Source: Candidatus Poribacteria bacterium
Lineage (GTDB): Bacteria > Poribacteria > WGA-4E > B28-G17
Length of the DNA: 64,000 bases
Reading direction: 5' to 3'
Assembly: GCA_021162805.1 (NCBI GenBank)
Contig: JAGGXZ010000182.1
Span: 17,009-81,008, forward strand
Part shown: in pieces, positions 46,844-55,564 of the stretch
Numbering within the stretch: the stretch's first letter is position 1
Layout of the letters: the number at the start of each line of letters is the position of its first letter
The notes under the pieces: model-generated
Databases searched by the model: none
The model's input: the letters and a program-made list of their open reading frames with translations, nothing else
What the model was told of the DNA's origin: nothing
Made by a program: the position numbers and the translations under genes

Positions 46844-47181
46844 CTATACATCGTGGTGACGTGGTACTATGTGACTTAAACCCGATAGTCGGTACAGAAC
46901 AATCGGGTATACGGCCCGCCGTTGTTGTTCAGATTGATCGTGCGAACGCTGTAAGCCCTCATACGATCATCGTGCCTTTTACAACAAAAATCCGACGAGC
47001 TCTTTTGCCTTCTCACGCCTTTGTTCCCGCAGGGATCGGAGGTCTGAGCAGAGATTCGGTAGCACTTTGTGAACAGATCCGTGTGATAGATAAGCGAAGA
47101 ATCATTAAAGTCCTTGGTCACTTGGATAATCCATATCTCGAAGAAATAGCGAAGGCCTTGCGTACGATCCTTGGATTATAA
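46837..47181 (+). CDS. mazF: MazF/PemK-family endoribonuclease toxin
   Basis: GDVVLCDLNPIVGTEQSGIRPAVVVQ matches the PemK/MazF N-terminal motif (GDIv.vdf.P..G.E..g.RPalVls). About 114 aa. Confidence 0.75.
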   Translation: MVTIHRGDVVLCDLNPIVGTEQSGIRPAVVVQIDRANAVSPHTIIVPFTTKIRRALLPSHAFVPAGIGGLSRDSVALCEQIRVIDKRRIIKVLGHLDNPYLEEIAKALRTILGL

Positions 47182-47193
47182 AGGTGGGATGAG

Positions 47194-48348
47194 ATGAGAA
47201 GGATATTTCTGAAGGACATGGCGTATCACAAGGGCAGGGTAGCGCTTACCACCCTCACCATCATGGCACTTGTTATGCTGATTCTTCTGATCGGCGGCAT
47301 AATGAACGGGTTGCGTTGGGAGGCGAGGAGATATCCCGAATACACGGGCGCCGATATCTGGGTCTCAAGCGAGCGTTCTGGCGGCGTGTTCGTGGGGTTT
47401 TCCATACTTAACCCCGAATATGTGGAGCCGGCTTTGAGGGATGAAGGGCTGGATAAAGATTCGATCTCGCCCCTTATCTTCGCGCAGGTGCAACCCCTTA
47501 TCCACGGAAAGGAGACCAAGGCGGTTGTGGTGGGGTGCAGGATCGACAAGCTGGGCGGTCCCAAGAAGAGAGATATCATCACGGGAAGGCTCTTCACGCC
47601 AGGGCCTAAGGGATATGCGCCGGAGGCCAAGCTCCCACCGCCTGAGGTCGTGGTGGACGAAAGCGCCGGATTGGAGGTTGGGGAGACAGTAGAGCTATGG
47701 GGTAGGCAGTTCAGGGTTATCGGCAAGGTAAGACACCTTTTCTTCGTCTTCGATGTCCCCATAATCTTCATGGATCTCTCCCAGGCGAGGATGGGGATAT
47801 TAAAGAACGCCATCTACGTCAACAGCTACATCGCAAAGGTCAAGCCCGGATATTCGCCCGATGAGGTGGCTGCCCGCCTGGATAAAAACGCCGATGTTCT
47901 CGAGGCCGTTGAGGTGAAAAGCACAGATCAGATCATAAGGACGATCTTGCGTAACTACGTTGATGAACCGATGAAAGGGGTTCAGTTCCTCAGGATCGTC
48001 CTCTGGATCGCCTCCGGATTGATCGTGTTGATGATCACATATGTTACCACGCTCGAAAAAACACGTGAGATAGGGATACTCAAAGCGATTGGAGCTACGA
48101 ACCGATACATCATCTCGATGACGATGAAACAGGTGTTGCTCATGACGGGCGCGGGTCTCACGTTGGGGATACTGTTGGCGAGGTTGGCGGTCTACGGTTT
48201 CCCGATCTTCGTCCTGATAAACTGGAAGGAGGCGGGACTGGCTGCCGGAGTAACATTGGCCGTCTGTTATGCAGGTGGATACTGGGCTGCCAGACGAGTT
48301 TTGTTCGTCGATCCGATGATAGCCTTCAGGGGAGAACTGGAGACATAA
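47194..48348 (+). CDS. ABC transporter permease, FtsX/MacB-like
   Basis: N-terminal TM helix, a large periplasmic MacB_PCD-like domain, and a C-terminal FtsX domain with 3 TM helices (ILKAIGATNRYIISM...). No ATPase gene is adjacent. Confidence 0.75.
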   Translation: MRRIFLKDMAYHKGRVALTTLTIMALVMLILLIGGIMNGLRWEARRYPEYTGADIWVSSERSGGVFVGFSILNPEYVEPALRDEGLDKDSISPLIFAQVQPLIHGKETKAVVVGCRIDKLGGPKKRDIITGRLFTPGPKGYAPEAKLPPPEVVVDESAGLEVGETVELWGRQFRVIGKVRHLFFVFDVPIIFMDLSQARMGILKNAIYVNSYIAKVKPGYSPDEVAARLDKNADVLEAVEVKSTDQIIRTILRNYVDEPMKGVQFLRIVLWIASGLIVLMITYVTTLEKTREIGILKAIGATNRYIISMTMKQVLLMTGAGLTLGILLARLAVYGFPIFVLINWKEAGLAAGVTLAVCYAGGYWAARRVLFVDPMIAFRGELET

Positions 48349-49666
48349 CCTCCTCGATCCGATCCGGAAGGATGCCGACGAGATAGGCCATATCCAGAAT
48401 CGTCCATCTGTTCCTTATCTCCCTGGCGTGTAAGACGGCTTCCCTGAACTCCTCCTCGCTCACTCCTATCTCATCAATCCTCGTCGGAGCGCCTGCGGTT
48501 TTCAAATTCTCCAAAATCTTATGAGGTGGGACCCAACTTTCGAGTATCAATCCTCTGATATGATCCCATTTCTTTTGTATCTTGCCTAAAACACGTTTCA
48601 TCTCATCAGGAGGGAGCCATTTCCCCTTGAACTCTTCCAGCACCTCCTCCGCCATACCGCCGTATCTTTCCTTGAACTCCCCGATCCTTTCCCCGGGTGG
48701 CCGAAACGCCGAGGGGTTGGGCTGCCATTCCTCAGGTGACATCTCCAGCCAGATGCCGTAAATCTTCGAGGTCACTATGGTCCCGATCCCGACCTGTTCC
48801 CCGTGCATGGCGGGAGTTCTTTCGGATCGATGTGCCTGCATATCGAGCCAATGGGAGATGAGATGTTCCCCGCCTGAAGCCGGGCTTGAGCTTCCGGCTA
48901 CGGTCATGCTGATTCCGGATTCGATCAGGGCGTCCAAGAGGAACGCAACCGCGTCGGGATCGCCTCGCTTTATACCTTCCAATCTTCCTTCCAGTTTTCT
49001 CTCAGCCGAAGATACGCCCATCCGCGGCAGGGGGCAGTAGTATCCGCCGAACAGAAGGCTTGAAAGATGCCAATCTAAGTCGGCGACCGTCTTGGACTGC
49101 AGATCCGCGTATCCGGACGAGTTCATCCTGGAGGGCGCCGAGGCAACTATATCCGGTTCGGTTGCAACACCCAAGGGCGGACGCGCCGGCAACGTTCGTT
49201 TTACGCCATGCACCGATAATGCGGCTATCGAGGAGGTATACCCGTTCATGCTCGCCGCCGTCGGTATGACGATATAGGGTTTCCGCGCCTTGTATGCCCC
49301 CCATTTGGCCAGATCGTTGACCGTTCCACTTCCCACCGCCACCACACCTGATACATCTCTGCCCGCGGAGAACACCTCTATACCCAGCTCCTCGGTAGCC
49401 CGGGAGGATGAAGGGAAGATCATCTCCATAACATCAAATCCCGCCCCGATGAGTCTCCTCTTTGCTCTTTCGCCCGCGACGCGGTATGTCGTCTCATCGG
49501 CGACGAGCAACACCTTCCCGGACCATTCTTCCTCTTTTAACCTCTCCGGAAGTCTCCCCAAGGCCTCAGGTTTCAGGTCAACCCATTTTGTCGGGATGAC
49601 ATGTTCGCGCCCGCAAAGCTCACATCTCCATCGTCGTCCGAGCATATCACGGAATCTAAAGCTCAT
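48326..49666 (-). CDS. Glycerol-1-phosphate dehydrogenase-like protein (DHQS/iron-ADH/GlyDH superfamily) with an N-terminal CxxC...H extension
   Basis: GSGTVNDLAKWGAYKARKPYIVIPTAASMNGYTS and SGYADLQSKTVADLDWHL resemble the G1PDH (EgsA/AraM) blocks GGGK.IDVAK......P.ISIPT.ASHDGIAS and G.GD.ISN.TA..DW.L. The N-terminus has CELCGREH. Confidence 0.5.
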   Translation of the reverse strand: MSFRFRDMLGRRWRCELCGREHVIPTKWVDLKPEALGRLPERLKEEEWSGKVLLVADETTYRVAGERAKRRLIGAGFDVMEMIFPSSSRATEELGIEVFSAGRDVSGVVAVGSGTVNDLAKWGAYKARKPYIVIPTAASMNGYTSSIAALSVHGVKRTLPARPPLGVATEPDIVASAPSRMNSSGYADLQSKTVADLDWHLSSLLFGGYYCPLPRMGVSSAERKLEGRLEGIKRGDPDAVAFLLDALIESGISMTVAGSSSPASGGEHLISHWLDMQAHRSERTPAMHGEQVGIGTIVTSKIYGIWLEMSPEEWQPNPSAFRPPGERIGEFKERYGGMAEEVLEEFKGKWLPPDEMKRVLGKIQKKWDHIRGLILESWVPPHKILENLKTAGAPTRIDEIGVSEEEFREAVLHAREIRNRWTILDMAYLVGILPDRIEEVMSPVLP

Positions 49667-49689
49667 GGTTTCCCTCCTGGCTAAGGTGG

Positions 49690-50685
49690 CTAGAAGCTTA
49701 AGGTGAGCGATGCCCTGTGTGCGTCGCCCAGATCACCGTATGAGATGAAAGCGTAATCTATCCTATAGTTTCCGGATCTATATCCTATTCCGCCGCTGAG
49801 CCTTGAAAGACCGGATCGATCGGGATCCGTCCGATATCCCACCCTAAGTGAGAATCCATTGGCCATTTGATATTCCGCTCCCAATCTGAACAGATTTGCT
49901 CCGCTGGAAGGCAGATCAGCCTCACAGGCCAGTATAAGTCTGTTTTCGGGGGGAGGTCCGCCTTCGGCGACAGCTCTTCTACGTCCTTTGAACTTCAACT
50001 GGTAGCTAGCTCCGAAGGCGATTTCGGTGGGGATGACGGCGGTTTTCGATGAGAATCCCTCCGCGCTGAACTTCACGTCCCTATAGCAGACTCCTACCCT
50101 CAGATCGGGAAGCGGCGTTTCGTAGATAAGGCCAAAAGAAAAGGATGAGCCCTGTCTTTGGTATTGGGGCATAGAGGAAGACGTCCCTTCGAAGGAGAGG
50201 CCGCTGCGAGCCAGCTTGAAGGTCGTTCCCAGCCTTACATTCATCATCGGAGCTGTTCCGAGGCCTACCTGAAAGAGGGTATCGGAATAACTGAAGGTTC
50301 CATCCTCCGCGTATCCCCACGCTCCGGCGCTTGACTCGACCGTTCTGACATCGGGGGGAGCATGGAGGTATGAGATGGAGGCGGCGACGGTGAAGAGATC
50401 GGCTATGGGCTGGGCGAAGCTGATCCATTCGTATCGTATGCCTCCGAACCACTCGTAATGCGATGCCATCAGTTGTGGAGAGTTCAACCCACTTAGACCG
50501 GCGGGATTGAGGGATAAGGAGGAGATATCGTCGGCCATACCGACACATGCCTCTCCCATACCGGACGATCGGACTCCCATGGATATCCCCATCACCTGGA
50601 AATCCACCGTTCCTCTCGTTCCCTCCTCCGCGGCGGCTGGGAAGATAAGGATGATGGACAGTATCAACGCCAGCAGAACACGCAT
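49690..50685 (-). CDS. Outer-membrane beta-barrel protein of the FadL/PorV/PorQ-like family
   Basis: Signal peptide. N-terminal GVRSSGMGEACVGMADDISSLSLNPAGL resembles the FadL/PorV N-terminal motif (G.Ra.GmGGA..A.aDDasA...NPAGla). Alternating beta-strand pattern with C-terminal ...LTLSF (aromatic terminus). About 331 aa. Confidence 0.5.
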   Translation of the reverse strand: MRVLLALILSIILIFPAAAEEGTRGTVDFQVMGISMGVRSSGMGEACVGMADDISSLSLNPAGLSGLNSPQLMASHYEWFGGIRYEWISFAQPIADLFTVAASISYLHAPPDVRTVESSAGAWGYAEDGTFSYSDTLFQVGLGTAPMMNVRLGTTFKLARSGLSFEGTSSSMPQYQRQGSSFSFGLIYETPLPDLRVGVCYRDVKFSAEGFSSKTAVIPTEIAFGASYQLKFKGRRRAVAEGGPPPENRLILACEADLPSSGANLFRLGAEYQMANGFSLRVGYRTDPDRSGLSRLSGGIGYRSGNYRIDYAFISYGDLGDAHRASLTLSF

Positions 50686-50957
50686 TATCTGACGCCCCCT
50701 CCTTCAACCGATTTTAACCTCAATTTGAGCTCATCGAGGGCCTTGTTGAGTATCTCCACCTCGTTCTCCTTGGCCTTCAGTTTCTCTCTTGCGTTCCTCA
50801 GCTCCTCGGCCAGCCTCTTGCGTTCGGCCATCTCCTGTCGATACATCCTCTCCATCCGCTTGAGCTTGACGCCGTAGAAGGTGGAGAGAGCAGCCAGAAA
50901 TATGAAGATAGCGGCCACCGTCGCCGAGATTATGTAGAAGGTTCGGTTGGTGAACAT
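50685..50957 (-). CDS. Small membrane-anchored coiled-coil protein (FtsB/DivIC-like?)
   Basis: One N-terminal TM segment (FYIISATVAAIFIFLAAL), then a heptad-rich charged segment (ERKRLAEELRNAREKLKAKENEVEILNKALDELKLRLK). Confidence 0.3.
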   Translation of the reverse strand: MFTNRTFYIISATVAAIFIFLAALSTFYGVKLKRMERMYRQEMAERKRLAEELRNAREKLKAKENEVEILNKALDELKLRLKSVEGGGVR

Positions 50958-50971
50958 TCCGATGTCTGGTG

Positions 50972-52234
50972 TTATCTCCTGCTTTTTCTTATGAGCTTAT
51001 CCCTTTCCTCTTTCGTCATCTCATAGAGGAATCTGAACAGCTCCACATCTTCCTCTGTTAGCTCCACCTTACGCCTGGCCATGGCAGCTCTAGCGGTCTC
51101 TATGCCGTGTTTCAGTCCCATACCCCTGCTGAACCTATTCCTGAAGAACCAGGTGAACGAGGGGATGAACTTGGGCAGCAGTTCTCCGGCTGCCGGCAGG
51201 ATGTTACACATCATCCCCACGACGCTTCCGGTGGTGAACAGGGAACCGAGACCTGTTTTCGTGTGATCTCCGACGAACATCCCCACCTTCATCTCGTTCG
51301 AGTCGACCAATTTCCCTCTGATATAGACCTGAACCTGGGTGTAGTCGTTTTTGAGGTCGCTGTTGGTGGTGAGCGCCCCTAAGTTCACCCACTCACCTAT
51401 GTAGGCATGTCCTACGAATCCGTCGTGATATTTGTTCGAGTATCCGTGGAAGATCGATTCCTCGACCTCACCTCCTACCCTGCAGACGGGACCGATGGAG
51501 GTGCCCTCTCTGACCTTAGCGCCGACTATCATCGTGTCTCTTCCTATGTATGCCGGACCTTCAACGCGCGTGTGAGGATAGATCTTGGCGCCCTCATCCA
51601 CGTAGACCGGGCCCTCAGTTGTATCGAGCACGACGAACGGCTGAACCTCAGCCGTCTCGGCGACGAAGACCTTATCCTTATCGCCGTATACGACGGCATA
51701 TTCGGCAAATTTGCCGTAGATCCCGCTCCGGCCGAACGACTCGAAATCCCATCTCATCGCATCAGGGTTGTAATTGATAAGCTCCCACGGATATGAAAGC
51801 AGCGCCGTGTCCATCTCCTCCTTCGGCAGGGAGGATCTCAGATTCTCCAGAAGCTGTGGAAGGGTATCGGCCCTGTTTTCCTCTACAGTCTGCCGCTTTG
51901 CCCTGATATAGACCACCTCATCCCCCTTGATGCCGACCACCTCGTCTCCCTCAAGGGAGATCTCGCCATATCTCATCAGCCATCGGCCGTTTAAAAACAG
52001 GGTATCATCCTTCTCGAGGTAGCTCAGATCGTTTATGGCGTTGACGCTGACCCTTTTTTTGAACGTCGGGACGAGGTAATCCCTGAGGAAAACGCAGACC
52101 TCCGTTTCCGGGAAGTTCCTTCTGATCCTCTCAAGTAGGCTTATATAGCCACATCTGAGCTCAAACGTCGCCCTCGTGAGGGTAAGAGGGAAGAAACAAT
52201 CAAATTTTTCATCTTCAAACACGCAGATTCTCAT
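50972..52234 (-). CDS. Putative sugar nucleotidyltransferase (NTP_transf_4-like) with a C-terminal left-handed beta-helix (hexapeptide-repeat) domain
   Basis: The N-terminus (MRICVFEDEKFDCFFPLTLTRATFELRCG) is as in 'putative sugar nucleotidyl transferase' proteins. The C-terminal half has [LIV]G..... hexapeptide periodicity (VGAKVREGTSIGPVCRVGGEVEESIFHG...). Confidence 0.5.
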   Translation of the reverse strand: MRICVFEDEKFDCFFPLTLTRATFELRCGYISLLERIRRNFPETEVCVFLRDYLVPTFKKRVSVNAINDLSYLEKDDTLFLNGRWLMRYGEISLEGDEVVGIKGDEVVYIRAKRQTVEENRADTLPQLLENLRSSLPKEEMDTALLSYPWELINYNPDAMRWDFESFGRSGIYGKFAEYAVVYGDKDKVFVAETAEVQPFVVLDTTEGPVYVDEGAKIYPHTRVEGPAYIGRDTMIVGAKVREGTSIGPVCRVGGEVEESIFHGYSNKYHDGFVGHAYIGEWVNLGALTTNSDLKNDYTQVQVYIRGKLVDSNEMKVGMFVGDHTKTGLGSLFTTGSVVGMMCNILPAAGELLPKFIPSFTWFFRNRFSRGMGLKHGIETARAAMARRKVELTEEDVELFRFLYEMTKEERDKLIRKSRR

Positions 52235-52262
52235 TGTTATCCTCCATGGTTAAGATTATCCT

Positions 52263-53273
52263 TTATCCGATTTCCCTCTGGCTTTTCTGCCCCTGAACGA
52301 CAGTCACGGCGACGACGCCGACTATATCCTGAACGCTCGCTCCCCTTGAAAGGTCGTTCACCGGTTTTGAGAAACCCTGAAATAGCGGACCGTATGCCTC
52401 CGCGCCGGCCAGATACTGTGTGAGCTTATAGGCGATATTGCCGGCGTTAAGATCGGGGAATATCAGAACGTTCGCCCTACCCGCCACCGGACTTTCATCT
52501 TTCACCTTCCTGGCCGCCACCTCAGGGACTATGGCCGTATCAGCCTGAAACTCACCGTCTATCAGCAGATCCGGAGCCTTCTCTCTGGCGATCTTAAGCG
52601 CCTCGATGACCTTATCGGCGAGCGGGTGAGCGGCACTGCCCCTGGTCGAGAAGGAGAGCATGGCAACCTTTGGCTCCCATCCCAGCAGCTCTCTGGCGCT
52701 CTGGGCTGAGGCCACCGCTATCTCAGCCAGCTCCTGGGGGGAGGGATCGACGTTTACCCCGGCATCGGCGTAGATGAAGGCGCCATCCTCACCATATGGG
52801 CAGCCGTCAACATACATGATGAAGAAGCTGGACGGGATGGTGAACCCCTCCCTGAGGCCTATCACCAGGTGTGCGGCCCTTATCACGGCGGCCGTTATAC
52901 TTGCGACTCCGCCGATCATCCCATCGCAATCCCCAACCCTCACCATCATAGCGGCGAAGTAAAGCGCCCTTCTCATCAACCTCTTCGCCACCGCCTCGGA
53001 GGCATCGGGCCTTACCCTGAGATATTCGGAGATGTATCCCTTCATATCGGGAAATCTGCGGGGATTGACGATCTCAACCCCTTCTAGGGAGCACCCGATC
53101 TCCTGGGCGAGCTTACCGAGCTTCTCCTCATCTCCAATAAGCACCGGATATGCGATCCCCTCCCTGACAAGGATCTCCGATGCCCTTAGCACCCTTTCGT
53201 CCTCGCCTTCCGGTAGGGCAATCCTCTTGGGGTCTCTCTTAGCCTGCTCTATGATCTTCCGGATCGGGTTCAA
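52263..53273 (-). CDS. pta: Phosphate acetyltransferase (or phosphate butyryltransferase)
   Basis: About 336 aa. Pta/Ptb family blocks (RIALPEGEDERVLRA...; SFFIMYVDG...; ADAGVN; GRANVLIFPDLNAGNIAYK; GPLFQG). Confidence 0.85.
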   Translation of the reverse strand: MNPIRKIIEQAKRDPKRIALPEGEDERVLRASEILVREGIAYPVLIGDEEKLGKLAQEIGCSLEGVEIVNPRRFPDMKGYISEYLRVRPDASEAVAKRLMRRALYFAAMMVRVGDCDGMIGGVASITAAVIRAAHLVIGLREGFTIPSSFFIMYVDGCPYGEDGAFIYADAGVNVDPSPQELAEIAVASAQSARELLGWEPKVAMLSFSTRGSAAHPLADKVIEALKIAREKAPDLLIDGEFQADTAIVPEVAARKVKDESPVAGRANVLIFPDLNAGNIAYKLTQYLAGAEAYGPLFQGFSKPVNDLSRGASVQDIVGVVAVTVVQGQKSQREIG

Positions 53274-53294
53274 GATGCACCTCCGCTCTGTGCT

Positions 53295-54089
53295 TTAAAC
53301 GATAGAGCTTCCCAGCTCCTTCCACATCCTCTCGGCATAGAGGTAGTAATCCTTTCTCGCCAGTTTGCTCGCTGCTCCCTCATCTAGAACGACTATGGTG
53401 TTAGGGTGGAGCTGGAGTGCTGAAGCGGTGATCTGATTTGTGATGGGACCTTCAATCGCCTTGGCCACCACTTCGGCCTTTCTCTCACCGTTTGCAAGCA
53501 ACAGGCAAGTCCTCGCCTCCAATATCGTCCCAACCCCCATGGTGATGGCCGCCCGCGGCACCTCATCGAGGGAGTCGAAAAACCTGGAGTTGTCTATCCT
53601 GGTCTGCTCATCCAGTGCGATAAGTCTGGTTCTCGATGCTAAAGATGAGCCGGGTTCGTTGAAAGCTATATGTCCATCTCCGCCTATTCCCAAAACCTGA
53701 AGGTCTATGCCGCCCGCATCCTTGATCATCTTCTCATAGTTACGGCAGTACTCTTCGATATCCTCCATCGGGACGGTTCCGTCGGGGACGTGGGTGTTTT
53801 CAGGTTTGATATTTATGTGGTTGAACAGGTTTTCGTTCATGAAGTATCGGTAGCTTTCGGGGTGGGTCGGCGGAAGACCATAGTACTCATCCAGGTTAAA
53901 GGTGATAACGCTGGAGAAGTCCAGATGTTCCTCCCTATGCATCCTGATCAACTCCTTGTACATACCGACCGGTGTGCTGCCGGTAGCCAACCCTAAAACG
54001 CAGTTCGGCTTCCTCCTCACCAGGGATGCTACGATCTGAGCGGCGGTCTTCGACATCTCCTCATAATCCTTTCTGATCAGAACCTTCAC
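53295..54089 (-). CDS. nagB: Glucosamine-6-phosphate deaminase
   Basis: NagB signatures: VLGLATGSTP, FNLDEY, LGIGGDGHIAFNEPGSS and HPN. About 264 aa. Confidence 0.9.
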   Translation of the reverse strand: MKVLIRKDYEEMSKTAAQIVASLVRRKPNCVLGLATGSTPVGMYKELIRMHREEHLDFSSVITFNLDEYYGLPPTHPESYRYFMNENLFNHINIKPENTHVPDGTVPMEDIEEYCRNYEKMIKDAGGIDLQVLGIGGDGHIAFNEPGSSLASRTRLIALDEQTRIDNSRFFDSLDEVPRAAITMGVGTILEARTCLLLANGERKAEVVAKAIEGPITNQITASALQLHPNTIVVLDEGAASKLARKDYYLYAERMWKELGSSIV

Positions 54090-54284
54090 CTCAACCCTCC
54101 TTCAGGTTTTTTCGCCTTAAAGGCGGGACAAGTATATCATAAAGGAGGTAGCGGAGTCAACGGACCGCCGTAAAGTGGGTGCATAAGAAATTTATCGGTA
54201 ACAGGAGGACAAGAGAGGGATGACAAGATAGATGGGATTATGTCAAAATAAACTCCGAAACCAAAATGGTTCCGGAGGGAAAAA

Positions 54285-54704
54285 ATGACCATAGAAACAA
54301 TAACACGATACCTTCAAGAGAGTCAAGCCCTTGAGGAGAGAGTCCGTGGAGAAAGCTTCCAACAGATAGAGAGAGAAGTCTTTCTATACGTGAAGAGGAT
54401 AGGAGTAGCTCTTATGACAAGCATTCTCAACAGGCTATCACATGAAGATCATGAAGAGAGGAAAGGAGAATATGAAGGGGAATTTCAAGGGTATAGGAGG
54501 AGGAAGATAAGAACGATAATGGGAGAAGTTGAGTATAAGAGAGCCTATTACTGGAGCAAAGAGAGAGGAGGATATGCGCCATTTGATCAGAAACTGGGCC
54601 TGGATGGAGGGAACTTATCACCCTGGCTGAAAGAGGGGGTAACACTGCTTGCTCCAGCGCTTTTAGTTTCATGGCCTGGTCTTGTGAAAACCCCTGGTAT
54701 TTAG
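54285..54704 (+). mobile_element. N-terminal fragment of an ISLre2/UPF0236-family transposase (pseudogene)
   Basis: RRRKIRTIMGEVEYKRAYYWSKE...YAPFDQKLGL resembles the UPF0236/ISLre2 transposase block (R.R.i.T.fGei.f.R..Y.......Y.LDE.LGl). The ORF degenerates into junk after ~115 aa. Confidence 0.4.
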
Positions 54705-54834
54705 ATTTCCACTTAAAGAAGGTTGATTGTGACACCCCATATTTCCTGCATACGGCGGCAATGGTGGTGTCAGGTAGCTGTGATTCAGCCAGTATCTTTA
54801 TGATCTGGTCTATACTGAACTTCGATTTGCCCAT
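54570..54834 (-). mobile_element. IS3-family transposase OrfA-like fragment (HTH)
   Basis: MGKSKFSIDQIIKILAESQL...TIAAVCRKYGVSQSTFFKWKSKYQG is the classic IS3/IS911 OrfA HTH N-terminus. Downstream sequence is degenerate, and no OrfB follows on this strand. Confidence 0.5.
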
Positions 54835-54975
54835 TCTCCTGTCCCCCTTTATCTGCGTTATATTCTTCCATACTCCACTCAATTTGTTCCAGTTTTTGGG
54901 GGGCAGGTCAATCCAAAGGGTAGGAAGCAATACAACGGTAGGGTTGAAAGGAGCTTCAGAACTGATGATGAGGAG

Positions 54976-55314
54976 TTGTATAGACCCTTTCTGATGGAGA
55001 TAGAGGATGTGGATCAGTTCCTCTCATTTGCTCAGAGTTGGCAGAATTTCTACAATAATGAGAGAGCTCATTTCGGAAGGGGGATGGATGGTTTATCTCC
55101 CATGGAGTTTCTGAGGAAGGAGGGGTATGATTTCCCTGACACTATAGGTTCATTCCCTGTTATGGTGTTGGATGAGGTGGCGTTGGAGGTGCAGGTGAAG
55201 TTCTATCAGATGGGTGGTAACGATCTATTGGCACAATACATTTGTCCCGATCTGATTTGCCACCAGTTTGAGATAGAGACGTGGAAATCAGATATGAAGC
55301 GTGATACGGACTAG
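54976..55314 (+). mobile_element. C-terminal fragment of a DDE/rve-integrase-type transposase (pseudogene)
   Basis: FLSFAQSWQNFYNNERAHFGRGMDGLSPMEF matches the rve C-terminal tail (W...YN.eRPH..Lg..tP.ef). There is no upstream catalytic domain. Confidence 0.5.
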
Positions 55315-55339
55315 TGAGAGGAGATACTTTCAGCCGCTG

Positions 55340-55368
55340 ATCTACTATTTTGACTGATACGGTCTACC
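55340..55368 (+). promoter_or_regulatory. Sigma70-type promoter candidate (TTGACT-N17-TATAAT)
   Basis: TTGACT at 55340-55345, a 17-nt spacer, and TATAAT at 55363-55368. It sits immediately after the IS remnant and ~200 nt upstream of the TolB-like gene. Confidence 0.4.
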
Positions 55369-55564
55369 GGTGTATAATTTAAACAGGTGGAAGGAGAAAT
55401 TCTGGAAACCCAAGTAAGCTCGGAAGGCGGAAGATGCGGATTACAAGATCACTTTCGCCACGGGAGATGGCAGCATCAGTGTCGCCTGACGGAGGGAGGA
55501 TGGCTTCTAAGGGCTTGGGGAATGCTTTAAATCCGATGATTAGGAACTCAGGGGGGAGATAGCG

